Origin: Eledone cirrhosa
Lineage: Eukaryota
Assembly (NCBI GenBank): GCA_964016885.1
Contig: OZ024743.1
Coordinates: forward strand, 172,484,001-172,548,000
DNA length: 64,000 nt
Direction: 5' to 3'
Positions within the stretch are counted from its first letter, which is position 1. Every line of letters starts with the position of its first letter. Below are positions 27,324 through 44,434 of the stretch, in pieces. Under the pieces are notes generated by a model. That model did not search any database and was not told the DNA's origin. It saw only the letters and a list, made by a program, of their open reading frames with translations. The translations under genes and the position numbers were made by a program.

Positions 27324-27436
27324 CATGCTCCGAAGATCTGACTGGTTATAATTCTGTATTGGCGATCGAGTGACCCAAAATTAGGCGGATAGCGATCTCT
27401 AGACAGACCAGTTCAGTGAAACAAATGTAAGCTATG
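27324..27436 (+). ncRNA. Type-I hammerhead with 81-nt extended stem II, CCGAAGA core
   Basis: catgct CCGAAGA t ctgactggt...accagttcag t GAAA c aaat g TA agc(t)atg. Confidence 0.65.
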
Positions 27437-27657
27437 TGATTAAAAACTTTTTTGTATAGCAAACCATGTAAACCTTCTTTCCTGATTTATTATTACTCCA
27501 AGTGTTTACAACATAGGAATTACAGCATACCCGCAGCATCACTATGAAAACGCCTTGTTGAGTCAAACCAAGCCAAGCGTTAATATCATCCACTACCTGG
27601 AATACCATAACTGGACTTCACCTAAGTGGACTGCATTTAACTATTATTTGTTAATCC

Positions 27658-27711
<54 letters not shown>

Positions 27712-27988
27712 TTGGGGAGTGTCATATTGTTGTAATAATGTTGCCAGAAATAATAACAGAACACACTCAGTTTGGTTGGTTTTCGCTTCTGTATCTTTTA
27801 TATCTCCGTAGTTAATTTATTTTGCAATCAATGTTTATCATTGACTGACCAACGGTTAAAAATATAGAAATAAATATATATATATAGTCTATCAAAGTTC
27901 TTTGGTTGCACATCTACATCATCAGTGGTACTATTATGTTTCCTCCCATTGTATTGTATTGTACTGTAATGTCTACGCCATTTTTATT

Positions 27989-28031
<43 letters not shown>

Positions 28032-28423
28032 TTCTTGTCTCTATCTCTGCGCATGCGTTTGCGTGTGTGTGTGTTCGCGTTTGAGTGTATGTGTGTGTAT
28101 GTTTTTGTATTCTATATTTGTTTACTAGAGTGTATTTATGTGTTTGTTGTTATTGTACTTGTGTATATATTTATTTATTTATTTATTTACATTTCCCTTA
28201 AGTCAGTATTGTTTGTTTGGGCATGGTTGTTGTTGTTATTCCATTCATTTTTTTCTGTTTAATTTTGGTCTTCTAAGCTCTATCTCAATTGCTTCTCTAG
28301 ATATTATTTTAATTTCTATGTTGTCTATATTACCGTCATGTCTTTGTCTGGCGTGTTCGTATAGTACTTAACCGTTTTTTATATACACACACGTATATAT
28401 ACATATATATATATATACATATA

Positions 28424-29278
28424 AGTTGTTATACGTTGGGAGGGTCATGCTGCCAATAAAAAAACACGCACTTATTGGTTTTCACTTCAAATTATTATAA
28501 GTATTTCACTAACAGTGACTCGAAGCAATCAATTAGCTTTACTAATTATAGTCGGGTCAGTAAGGGAGACAACGCTAAAAGTACCCAAATGCCAGGGGTT
28601 TTCATAAACCCGTGACGGATTAATTCTACCATACAGGACCAGATCTACGATTCGGCTAACTAGGCAGCAGCCTAAAGCTCGGGCATCAGAAGGGCGCATC
28701 ACTGAACCTTAAATATTTATATAATTAACTTAAATATATAATTTCCTGCGATCAGTAAATTAACTACTAACGATCTTTGCAGCGTAGAAGCGTTGTGGAA
28801 ATATTCAAAGTGGTAGCAATGGTTAAAGGGATTTATGACTTATCAGGTGATTTGGTGCGGGTGAGTGTAGTAGAAAATGCAGTAATTTCTTAGTGTTGTC
28901 AAAGTTTAGAAGTATCGAAGACCAGGTTTATCAGCTGGCCAAGCTGTAAGTTAGAATTATTTTATTTGTTGATTATCAAAGCTCTTTCGTAGCACATTCT
29001 ATGAACTTTGTTCTGCTTTGTCTAATGGTGTGAAACAGGACAAAGAAGAGACACAAAGTAACAAGAAGTGTAGTCACTGAGGAAACCACAGAATGTGTAA
29101 GGAAAGAGCTTTGATAATACACAAATAAACAACCACCCGGTTATTAAACTAACCGACCGTGAAGTTATAATAATAAATCGTAGTGAAACTCAACAGGTAC
29201 GTGTTTTTATTGGCAGCATAACACTCAAAAAGTATACAATATCTAATTCAACGCACGTTTTCAGATTAAAAAATCTTC
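28424..29278 (+). mobile_element. Second copy of the 4502-4821 family, with a degenerate hammerhead at 29073-29115
   Basis: Inverted arms at 28424-28500 and 29165-29240; gtca CTGAGGA...GAAA gagc TT tgat. Confidence 0.6.
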
Positions 29279-30287
29279 TTCGTCCACTTATTCCTGAGAG
29301 TATCGTGGGGGCAGAGTCCTCAAACACTCCTTCCAAAGGGTCCTGTCAGAAACAATCGTCTTCTGCTGGGTACCCAAGCGAGAGCAGCCAAGCTCATAGA
29401 GGTTATCCAACCATCTTGATCGATCCTTTCCTGAAACATTCTAACCACATGCCCAAAGTATCGAAACTAATATCTCAATTCGGAGAGGTAGCGGCTCTGC
29501 ATGGAGTGACTCACTGATCTCCGAGCTACGCACAGTATCAAGTAATGTTACTCCAAAAATCCTTCAGAGGAAACCCAATTTGAGTTTGGCTTTTACACCT
29601 ACCACCCTTCTACTGATTACTGAATGCTGAAGCTGCTGCATTACTGCACCAGCTCCTGCAATTCTTCCTCTTAATTCAAAATCCTGTCTTCCATCACTCG
29701 GGAATACGGCCCCGAGATACTTGAACCTCTCCACTTGCTTCAGTAGGATTCCATTCACATGTAGAGTGCACTGCGCAGGCTTCCTTGAGAGGACGATAAT
29801 CTCAGTTTTTGCAGCACTGATTTTCATTCTAGCCATGGCATCAAACCTATCAAGTGCAAGTCGGAGATGATCTTCTGTCAAGATGCAGGGAGATTGTCGA
29901 GTCCAAGCTAACTGGTGAATAGTGCGGTTTTTGCCCCGGACGCAGCCCAACCGACCAAATATTCACAGTACGGCAAGTCTTCGAAGAGTATTGACAAGAG
30001 GTATATTCTTGTTTTGAAGTCCTCGAAAAAACATATGATCGCGTTCCTCAGGACTTGCCGTGGAAGATTCTATAGGAGTATGGAATCGATGGTCAGCTTG
30101 TTGTATACGAATCGATGGTCAGCTTGCTGTATACGAATGCCCGAGTATTTCTGTTCGGATGAATAGTGCTCAATCGAAACCATTCAATGTGGAAGTCGGA
30201 CTCCACAAAGAGTGCGTTCTGTCACGTCTCCTGATCATTATTTTCATGAAGATGATTGACAATGGCAGCCGGGTTGGGAAGTGGTAA
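29274..30287 (-). mobile_element. RTE-clade LINE with 5' inversion
   Basis: Minus 29274-29880: KISAAKTE..QVERFKYLG and 3' end. Plus 29881-30287: GF.PGRSPTDQIF..YDRVP..GLHKECVLS. cacgttttcagat is duplicated at 29254 and 30288. Confidence 0.8.
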
Positions 30288-30384
30288 CACGTTTTCAGAT
30301 AAAGAAAAAGGATGTTTATATAACTGTATTTATATATATATGTGTGTGTGTGAGAGTGTGCATGTGTGTGTGTGTGAGAGTGTG

Positions 30385-30431
<47 letters not shown>

Positions 30432-30439
30432 TTGTATAC

Positions 30440-31160
30440 TTTAAGTTGCTCCCACATTGCTCGGTTTGTTGTTTTTTCGCTGTTTTCTCTTTTCTTCCCT
30501 TTTCCCTTCTATTTTCCTTTCCTCCCTCCGTTTTCCCAATAACTTACCCAGTTATTGAACGCTCTGGGCGGTAGATATCCGAGACCCCCAGTAGACAACT
30601 GATGAGGAAAACTCTCCCCTCTTCTTGCTTTCTTCTTATTCTCATTCCATTTTAAGCTACCTTAACTAGCAATTACACAGCTAATCCTAATCTCCATATA
30701 TTTTATCATGTTTCGCTGTGACCAGTCTTCTCTCTCCTTCTAACTACCTATTTCGTTACTATCTATTCTTAACTTCTTTCTTCTTCTACCTTTCTCCCTC
30801 TAACTTTCACTCATCCTCTCTCTGCCTGTCATTGTTTTCCTCGCCTAACCCTCTAGCAGTCCTTTTCTCACTTACACATGCTGGGATCAGACGTGTCTTT
30901 TTGCTCGTCCACACGCTCTTGAATTTAAGTTCTGTTATCGCTGTGGTCTTAGATTTTCTTACCTTAAGTTGCTCGCACATTGCTCGGTTTGTTGTGTTTT
31001 TTCGCTGTTTTCTCTTTTCTTCCCTTTTCCTTTCTATCCCCCCCCCCATCCTCCATTTTCCCAATAACCTACCCAGTTATTGAACGCTCTGAGTGGTAGA
31101 TATCTTGTCTTTAAAGCGAGGAAATATCTGAGATCCCCAGTAGACAACTGATAAGGAAAC
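30440..31160 (+). repeat. Direct repeat pair (~30440-30610 / ~30964-31160), pLTR-like
   Basis: ttaagttgctc.cacattgctcggtttgtt...tacccagttattgaacgctctg...cccagtagacaactgat.aggaaa occurs twice. Confidence 0.7.
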
Positions 31161-31278
31161 CCCCACCGCCCACCCCCGTTTTCACCTTGAAACCATTATA
31201 TAGTTAACTTAAATTAAATTTGGAGATAATTAAAAGAGATGATTTCAATAGTTAGGTTATATTCACGTATCATATATA

Positions 31279-34380
<3,102 letters not shown>

Positions 34381-34984
34381 CATGCCTCTTATATATATAT
34401 CTGTTAGACACGCAGTGACCTACAACAGAATGTTTTAAGTCTGCATGTCTGACAATATATGCGTAGCTTGTGAATAAAATATTCAAGAGGTATCGCTGGC
34501 CGTGGGATTCCTTCCAAACATGTTTTGTAATGTATCGTCTTATTGGCTAATTTCATCGTCTTATTGGCTAATCAACCAACGAGAGTAATTGTTGCTCAAG
34601 AGCCTTTTGTTTGCACGTTTATTTATCGTTTCGCTTTCGAATCTCTCTCCTGTATTTTGTCGTTTTATCATCAAAATATTTTTCTCGTTTTGGTAATTTA
34701 TATCGTTAATTTATATATGATTTTTTAAATTTATATTAACTATTTTTTTCAGTTCGTTATAACATGCTTAGAATATTGGTTGTATCATATTTACTTGTAT
34801 ATATACCCATATTATTGTTCGTTTTATGTTAGATTATTTTATTATTATTATGTTAGATTATTTTTTTTATTATTATGTTAGACTATTTGTATGTAATATT
34901 TAATTTTTATTAATTCAACTATAACAATTATTATGTAAAATATATTTATTTAATATCTTTGTATCTTGTTCCTCTTTATATACT

Positions 34985-36345
34985 TACTTGTACTTGTACT
35001 TGTGTCGACGACCCTGGATGGGTTGAGCCGGCTTCTCCTGGCGGCATCCCGAACCATGGCAACCCACGCACGACGGTCCCGGGCTAGGTCACTGGAGATA
35101 GCGAGCCAGTCACGGTTCCATCTGCGCAGGCCGACCACCTGCGGACCTGAGAGTTCGGAAAGGTCCTCCTTGATCGCCGGGCCGCGTGACCAAACCATCT
35201 CAAGCGCCGTTGCAGAAGCACTGAAGGAAGGGGTCGAAGATTCAGGCGAAGACGAAGACTGGTGGTAGGTACCCGATCAACGCGTCGGCAGCGAAGAATG
35301 CGGCGGAGACAGTCATTGTCGAAGACCTCCAGCCCTCATTGATCGACTACCCTCATAGGCCATGTTTTACAGCCATAGAGGAGGATAGTTCGAACGACGG
35401 CCTGGTAGATTCGCCCTTTGGTCGCCGAGGGTGATCTCTCTTCTGTCCCACAGACACCGCTGTAGGCGCCCAAAAGCGGATCTGGCAGCACCTATGCGAC
35501 ACTTGACCTCGGTTGCGCCCTGTCCCGTTGGAACCACTGTCGAGCCCAGGTAAACGAAGGACTCCACATCTCCCAGGTCCACGCCCTCGAGAGATATTGG
35601 CTGCCAGGCATCAGGCGACACCAGTGACGTCATGACCTTCGACTTGGCGGCATTGATTCCTAGACCAACAGCGACGGCTGCAGTGTGCACCCTTTCGAGA
35701 GCACCATGTACATCTGTCCCGTTAGTGCTCATCAGCACGATGTCATCCGCGTAGGCCAGGTCCGTCACCATGACCCCTCTCCCGACCTCTACGCCCGGGT
35801 AATCCCGGAGCGCTGTGTTGAGTCAATGGCGTAGTTAAAGAGAGTTGGCGATAGCGCAAACCTCTGCCGAACACCGGTCCCAACATCGAACGACTCCGTC
35901 TCCCCACCATAGACCCTCACTCGAGCCCGAGTCGACCGGTAGTAGCCTTGTATGAGATGAAGCAGCTTCACTGGGATGCCGTCCGCCTGCATTATACGCC
36001 ATAGGGCTTCCCGATCTACCGAGTCGAAGGCAGCTGCAAAGTGGATGAAGAAGAGGACGATAGGCTGTTGATGTGCCCACCGTTGTTCCAGGACACGCCG
36101 GAGAATGAAGATTTGATCAACGCACCCCCTCCCCGGAGGGTAGCCGCCCTGAGAAGGACGGGTACGGACATCACGGATGGCCTGGAACCTCTTTAGCAGA
36201 AGAATTGCGAAGGTCGTGGCAGCAACGTCAATTAAACTGATACCCCTGTAGCTGGAACACAGTTTCCTGTCACCCTTTTTGAAGAAGGGTAGGAGAGTTG
36301 CCTCGCTCCAGTCACCAGGGAACCGCTCTGTCGCCCACACCGAGT
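34985..36345 (-). mobile_element. RTE-clade LINE, 5'-truncated, GC-rich
   Basis: YRGISLI, PGRGCVDQIF, F..AFDSVDR, GVRQ, LAYADD, FVYLGS; (ACAAGT)n tail at 34985. Confidence 0.9.
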
Positions 36346-36942
36346 GTTCCTCTTTATATAGTGTAATGGAATATAGGCAGGGTTCGGATTGTAATACAAA
36401 CTGGACTTTCTTTGTAAAAATGTGTAAGAATAATTTTTCTAAAAACTTTGTTTGTAAAAATTTGTAAAAATAATTTTTTTTTAATTTTGTTTGTAAAATT
36501 TTGTACAAATATTTTAAAAACTATCGTTTATACAAAAGTTTGTAAATTTTTGTTTGTAAAAAATTTTAAAACACTCAAAGATAGCGTATATTCAATAATA
36601 AATTGATAATTTATAGTGACCTGGCAGTCATATTATGATGGTAAACTTTGTAATTTAAATTCAAAAACAACTTTGTAATTGTAAAATTGTGTTCCAAAAT
36701 AACCTTGTAATTGTAAAATTTCATATTTTTGAAATTTGTGAAAAATATCAATTTTTAATTTAATGTACTTAGTTTACTATGATAGTCAACTACAGGTGTC
36801 ACGTGCGTTTAAACATTTTTGATATTATTAATATATTCTATCGCAAATTGGCGTATTTATATCTGAACATAAGTATGACAAATGTTATTTCCTCTTATTT
36901 TGTATTTATTTGAGCTACTAATAAGTATTTATTTGCAAGTTC

Positions 36943-37560
36943 GTGATGTATCCCGCAAGTGAATCGGGACCCATCACCGATTTTGATGTCCCTATTGCCG
37001 ATGTGAATGAGCAGTGCCGGACTTGTGAATTGGGTCTTGATGTTGCGGGCAGTTCATCTTCTTACATTCATGCGGTCCCACAAGCTTGTTCGCATTGCTG
37101 TGCCAATAACCTGCCAGACAGGATTATTAAATTGGACGCGAAAGCAGCTTACCGGATGCGGAATCGGGAGAAGTTGAGACAAAAACAGGCCGATTATAGA
37201 GCTACGAATTCGGCTAAAATAAAGCAAAAACAGGCCGAGCATAGATCTTCAAAACGGCATGAGTTGGCAAACAAGCGGGCCGAGTATAGATCTGCAAATT
37301 CAGTCGTTATATCTAAAAAAAACAAGCCGAACGTAGTGCTAGGAAACGCACCGAGTTGGCTAAAAAGCAGGCCGAGTACAGATCTGCAAAGCGAGATAAA
37401 GTATTGCAAAGAAAGGCTGTATAGAATTGTCAATAAAGATAATATACAGTCTTATCAGAAAGCTTACTATAAAAACAAAAATGTTCTTCGTAAGCGGTCT
37501 TTACATCGAATAAGGAAACTAGAAAAAATGCTTGACTTCCGGATGTAGCATCAGATCTTG
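36943..37560 (+). other. Decayed ORF with 45-nt (15-aa) K/R/Y-rich tandem units, probably TE- or virus-derived
   Basis: aaacaggccgattataga, aaacaggccgagcataga, aagcgggccgagtataga, aaacaagccgaacgtag, aagcaggccgagtacaga recur at ~45-nt spacing; one frameshift. Confidence 0.55.
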
Positions 37561-38464
37561 GTGCACAGATTTGTTAAGTCGTATAAAAAGACGATAATCG
37601 ACACCAATCTTCGCAAGGAGGCACATATTCACGTGCAGAGTGTGTTCTCCAGATTTGTTGGTATGCGTAATTTTCTGTGTGCTCTTACAACGATAATTTA
37701 TTATTAATATATATCATGTTTAACTAGAGTTATTACAAGCCTTGCCTTAAAAAATATTAAACTAGACCTGAAAAATGCGCAAGCTCAAAAGAGCCACAGA
37801 ATGTTATAATAAACCTTCAAAAGTGTGGGACTAGAGTTGTTGCTCAAAAATATTGTAATCATTATCTATCGTACATTCTGTGGCATCCTTTATAAAAATA
37901 TCACAATAAATGTTTAATGTAATAACAGCTATAAATAATTACGTAATATTATTATCATATACTCATAGTAACAAAATAATTGTGTTGAAAATTAATATGA
38001 TGCTTATATGAACGATCAAATCTATAATGATAATTTTATAAATATACTAATATTAAAATAATTTAGTTATATATTGTTACATTTTCATCGAACTATAACA
38101 TTAACAATCGTATTGTGTCATCAAATTTTTATCATTGCAAACTTTCATATTGGAATTACCTTAAGCCACTTATAATTACATCGCTTTCGTACTTTTACAG
38201 ATGTAGATATTCGGCTGTATCTTATATCATGATATCATGGTAATTTGCATGCAGCGTAAAATAGGTTTATTAATAACTTTAATATGAAATGTATTATACA
38301 GGGCTGCGGAGTCGGCCAACAATTGGCTGGCTCCAACTCTGGATCCGATACTCCATTATTTCCTAAATTTCAGCTCCGCAGCCCTGTTATTATAATAATT
38401 TATTTATTTTATAATTGTAAATCATATTTTTATGTTATACTCTAAGAATGAACTAAGTGAAATA

Positions 38465-39185
38465 GTATGTATATATGTGTATATGGATGTGTATGTATGT
38501 GTATGTGTGTACACATGGACTAGAGTATGTATGTATATATGTGTGTGTCTATACGTGTGTATATAAAGATAAGTTGAGTATGAAAATGTATACACATGAG
38601 CGCGTATGTATGTACATGAATACATGTGTGTATATATATGTGTATGCATGTGTATATATATGTAAGTATGAATATGTGAATTGTGAGTATATGTATTTTG
38701 TAGAGGTGTGCAAATATATTTGTGTGTGAATGCGTGGGTGAAAGGATACGTACACTTGAAAGAAAAATTTAAGTCTGAATGTTAATTAAGTCCAAACACA
38801 AAACCAACCACGCATATCTTTACTATCTCTAATCCTTCTATAGATTTAGAAAAATAACCAATAATATATTCTATAAAAAATGTCAAAACAACAGATGGGA
38901 ATCTAATTACTCACTGCCACCAAGAATTCTCACTGCTATCGAAAAACCACTCCTTCAACTATTCTTCTAACAACTTCACCCCTCCCTCCTAATATTCTCT
39001 ATAAAAACTAAATAGGTCCTCAGTAATATTATTCTGATGAAATGACAGTAAATAATAACATTGAAATATTGAATGTCTGCATAACTAAAAGTTTGTAGAT
39101 AGCTGTTTTAGGTTATGTAACTGTTATAGAAACACGTGTCAATAAATTCCTTTCAACTAAACTGTATCCATTCAAATCTTTCTAT
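38465..39185 (+). mobile_element. Truncated 3' copy of the intact PLE (matches 51291-52011)
   Basis: Colinear at offset 12826; I found only two substitutions by eye. Ends in (TA)n. Confidence 0.92.
39029..39145 (+). ncRNA. Hammerhead with 88-nt stem II (solo copy)
   Basis: Same sequence as 48268-48384. Confidence 0.7.
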
Positions 39186-39211
39186 ATATATATATATATA
39201 TATATACTTAC

Positions 39212-39244
<33 letters not shown>

Positions 39245-39249
39245 CATTG

Positions 39250-39280
<31 letters not shown>

Positions 39281-39335
39281 ATATATATACATACATATAT
39301 GTTCCGTATAACCATGACCAGTCTGAGTTGAAGAT

Positions 39336-40140
<805 letters not shown>

Positions 40141-41458
40141 ATACATATATACATATATATAGGATCTCGTTTCAAGCATAGCGTTATACAAATATGTAGA
40201 AATTTCGTATTTCTAAAGAAACACCGTTTTAGGAAGCCGTAGCTATGCAAACACCGGGGCTAACGCCCTCTGGTGGTGTCCAGCAGAAGCAAGGGGGACA
40301 ACCGTCTATGCATTTCAGGCCTTACCCACTGAATCCACATTAACGCACTAACCTTTTCACCCATATCACCAATGACCCAGTCGCACCTTCCTCTCTCCCT
40401 TCACCCCACTACTATTATGACTAACCTTTACCCATACATACCCACACCTCAACACCCACTAACCTACTAACTACCCCCTCACTCCATTGCCTCTCACTTC
40501 CACTAAGCTACTAATAACCCCACCTCACACATTTTCAGTAACCTACTAACCCCCCACCCCACACAATTTTCAGTAACCTACTAACCCCCACCCTTTCCTC
40601 CTCTAATCCACTAACTCCCCATCACACACCTCACCCACGTCCACTATCCAACCCTTACACCATAAAAACACACACGCATTTGCATCCTAAACATACACAC
40701 ACACACCAGTGTATATACTCACATACGCGTATGTACACATCAAAACAGCGATTGACAGAACCCTCCCCCACATACCGACAATATATCCTTGTATACCCAC
40801 TACGCTTTCTACGCACCCTCGGATTTTTACCATCTACACACACACACACCAACATCCATACAGGAACATAGACACACAGATTCACGCAACAGCACACTTT
40901 ACACGAACCTACATCACCTGCAGACACATCACGCATTCCCTTCTCTTTACCACACACACACACACATCGACACATACACCCATACTTCACCCCACATCGC
41001 CTCTGGATTTGATACGTTCTCATCCCATCCAGTTCCTTTCATCCACACACGCACACACACACACACGCACCAACACCCATACAGGGACTATACAAGCACT
41101 GATACTCCACACAACACATACACAGTGGTTTTTCAAAACCTACTCTCGCTTCCTGCCAGACTCTCATACTTATATCCACACACACACATACACACACTTA
41201 GATCTACACATACACTCACATCTTACCTTCCGCCATCCCCACCGGACTCTAATTTTCTTGCTTCCTCCCACCCTTTCTCTCCCTCCTCTACCCCACCCAC
41301 CCACTACCACACTCTTGTCATCCCGGACCTGTACACCTCTCTTACCTCCTTTATTTTCCATTTTTTTAATTCTGTTTTTATTTATTTTTATTTTGTCCCT
41401 TCTTTTCGTGTTCTTCTTATTAACTTCCCTCTTACTCCCTCTCGGAGTTCATCTCAAC

Positions 41459-41494
41459 TTTCCTGATGGAAGACTTAAGTCCGAAACGTCGAGA
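41459..41494 (+). ncRNA. Degenerate minimal hammerhead at the end of a PLE 3' region (40190-41570)
   Basis: tttc CTGATGG a agac-ttaa-gtcc GAAA CG TC gaga. Upstream ...LCKHRG* at ~40260 resembles a PLE endonuclease C-terminus. Confidence 0.55.
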
Positions 41495-41579
41495 TCTCCC
41501 CCACTCCCACCAAGAATGAACCTAATACAGCTATGCACAATTGACTCTGTTTGTTTGGCCTTTTGAACTATATATATAT

Positions 41580-41752
41580 AATTGCTAATACTATCTATCG
41601 GTCGCAGCTCTAGGTAGAAGGAGCAACATGAAATAAAGTGTCTTGCTCAAGGACATAACGCATCGCCTGGACCAGGCGATGCGTTATGTCCTTGAGCAAG
41701 ACACTTTGCTCCTTCTACCTGGAGTTGCGACCGATAGATAGTATTATCAATT
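41580..41752. repeat. SINE-derived palindrome
   Basis: aagtgtcttgctcaaggacataacgcatcgcctgg-a-ccaggcgatgcgttatgtccttgagcaagacactt; the arms extend outward with an indel. Confidence 0.85.
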
Positions 41753-42258
41753 AGAAAGAACAACGGAAACATTGTTTCCCCGGTCCTATTTGACGAAAGT
41801 CGATCGTTCCTATATATATATATATATATATATCTACAAATAATCTGTGGTATAATCTGTGGTATAATCTACTCTCGTAATTTTAGACGCAGAATTTACT
41901 GTGTTTATTTCTATATTAATATTTCTACATATATTAATATTATTAATATATATATATTTATATATATATTTAAAGGTTAAACAAGGTTCAATGACTGAAT
42001 CTTAAACATCTACTAAGTCGGGGTATGTCATGCATTATCTTATTTTATCTGATGAGGACGTACTGTTGAAGATTTTGAATTTATATATATATATATATAT
42101 ATATCCAGGGAGTGTAACTTGGAGTTACTGCAGGTTCACTCGGGTGAGCACTCGATGTTTAGGTTCACTTCAGTGTCGAGGTGTAGAGCTAGACAGAGTG
42201 TATTATAGTGAAAAGATAATAAGGAAGATTCGTTACTCCTTCAATACATTTATTGGTT

Positions 42259-42343
42259 GGTGACGCGCGTTTCGCCACTGATCAGCTCAAGGTTCGATCT
42301 GTATCGATCTTACCCGACTCTGTAATCTGCGGCTCGTCGGACC
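42259..42343 (-). ncRNA. Type-I hammerhead with 60-nt stem II, CCGACGA core
   Basis: Minus strand: ggt CCGACGA gccgc...gtggc GAAA CGCGCG TC acc; GUC site, palindromic stem III. Confidence 0.75.
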
Positions 42344-42749
42344 CCTTGTAATGCTAGTAGAAAATGAATACATGCTGTATGATAAAGCCAGAAGTTCATA
42401 CGTTGGTCAATACAGTTTGTTTTGATTGGTGGATTAGTTCATAGGGATGTTTTTGCCTGTAGTGTATGTGGAGGGTGGGTGTGGTGCTAAGATGGTGGTG
42501 ACCGTCGCAGGCTGAAGTGGGCGATGGTGTGGGGGTGCTGGTTTTCAGTAGACAGATTGGCATGTAGTTGAGGCTGAGTTTTGTGTGTGGTGTAGGTGTG
42601 GTGTTGTTGTTTGTGGTAATGGTGTTTATGGTGGTGTGGTGAATGTGTTGGTGGTGTCAATTTCTATAAGGAGATACACACATAGACACACTTAGTCTGA
42701 CAAATACGTTGTATACATACACATGTGTGTGTATATATATATATATGGG

Positions 42750-43203
42750 AAATAGACGGAACCGCGACAGAAATTGCAACTGCTGCGACAGAGGACGGTG
42801 CCCCCTTAGAGGATACCGCTTGACTGATAGGGTTATATATAGATGCACTATAACTAGCCACAATAGCGTTAAACATTATATAGGGGCTACCTCCGGCCCG
42901 TTCAAAATTAGGTTTCAAACACATCTCCACTCTTTCACAAATAAAAAACTAAGACACTCCACTTCGCTCGCGGACTACATCACATCACTAAAGGACTTAA
43001 ACATCAGCTTCTCCACGCACTGGGATATTGTCGGCAGGGCTGCACCGTACAACTTCAAGAGGAAATGCGATCTTTGCCTCATGGAGCTCTACCACATCAT
43101 AACTGCACCCCACGAGCTCATCAACAGCAGAGCTGAAACAGCGATAAGTTGTACACATCGCTTAAAAATATCCTTCTTCAGATGGGTTAAGGATGAGGAG
43201 TGA
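42750..43203 (+). pseudogene. PLE GIY-YIG fragment; degenerate hammerhead downstream at 43571-43610
   Basis: CNCCDRGRCPL..VIYRC..HYIGATSG.FK.R..H..CDLCLME..CTH; gccc TTGATAA gccca-ac-tgggc GAAA CGTACG TA ggt. Confidence 0.88.
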
Positions 43204-43662
43204 AACTGTGCACCGGATCTCCCTGCAACAAGTCTTAACACCCCGGCGGGCAGGCGCTGCAAAATAACACCCAGGAAACTATCCTATCATACCAGACCCA
43301 GTCTCAAACGACTCAGACAAACAGATGCGGAAAAAAACTCTCAAAATAAGCGTTGATTACATGCGTATCGACAATGGTAAGGTTGTAACCTCATCTCGTA
43401 GCGGATAAAAAAATTTGTCCGGGAAAGACTGCCCTAACACCGGCCAGAGTTACCTTCCTTGACCTGCTGCAAAATCAAAACAAGCTATTTTTGCGAGCAA
43501 TGAACCTTGACGTGGATTTAACCCCCCAAACTCTTTCCGAGCAATGTAAGGAACACTTTTGATTATTTATGCCCTTGATAAGCCCAACTGGGCGAAACGT
43601 ACGTAGGTGCTGTTTTAAATAAACATGTTTTAACGGTCTATTCTCCGATTTCTTACTTTCCC

Positions 43663-43723
<61 letters not shown>

Positions 43724-43959
43724 TATGTATATTTAATACAATAACAGAGATAGTTTAAAGCTAAACTCTGACTGGTAACCATCTCACTCAACAAACATTA
43801 GGTTATATTAAAATATAAACCCAATTTAAGTGTTTGGGGTGCTAACAAAATGTATAATGTGGAAAAACCAGTTGTATTATTTTATGAGATATAATTAAAG
43901 TTAAAGTATATCTCTCTTTCCAAACAGTAATAAACAACATAAGATAATTATTTCATTAA

Positions 43960-44241
43960 GTATGTATATATATATACATACATGCACACATATATATATG
44001 TACGTATGGATTATTATAATGCTCGGTGTGTTTGTAAACAAACATCCCGAATTAAGCCGTACAGTGTCTAGCAACCATCGTTGCTCATTTGTTCAACACT
44101 GACGAAGGAACGCTGTACTAGTTTCAAGCTTAATACGGGATGTTTGTTTACAAACACACCGAGCATTATAATAAATGTTCGGTGAATCCATACGTACATA
44201 TATATATGTGTGCATGTATGTATATATATATATATACATAC
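43960..44241. repeat. Fold-back with a CTGACGA remnant in the spacer
   Basis: tattataatgctcggtgtgtttgtaaacaaacatcccg.attaagc pairs with gcttaat.cgggatgtttgtttacaaacacaccgagcattataata. Confidence 0.8.
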
Positions 44242-44342
44242 TACTGTACGTCTGTATACATATATGTATGTACGTATACATACTTATATTTAAGTAACAG
44301 CCGTACTAAGAGTGAGAAATGAAATTTCGTTTCATTTTTTCC

Positions 44343-44392
<50 letters not shown>

Positions 44393-44434
44393 GAAGTAAT
44401 TCCGTCGCAAAGGTACAGGAAAAAACAGACACTC

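Larger units (their letters stand above)
23411..27658 (+). mobile_element. Near-full PLE with ~830-bp inverted pLTRs (23411-24247 / 26667-27490), bounded by (TA)n on both sides
   Basis: The arms are near-identical reverse complements. A 3' extension at 27491-27658 is followed by (TA)n. Confidence 0.92.

Noticed and set aside
27360-27400. SECIS-like GUGA...GA with AA loop in the stem II insert (some PLEs encode selenoproteins)
   Set aside because: The helix above the putative quartet is only ~3 bp rather than ~10, and the related intact ORF has no in-frame UGA.
30599-30620. ctgatgaggaaaactc as a hammerhead
   Set aside because: No downstream GAAA/NUH/stem I, and the second repeat copy has ctgataa.
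40709-41566. 285-aa ORF with a hydrophobic stretch
   Set aside because: CA-rich and T-rich PLE 3' UTR sequence with no protein motifs.
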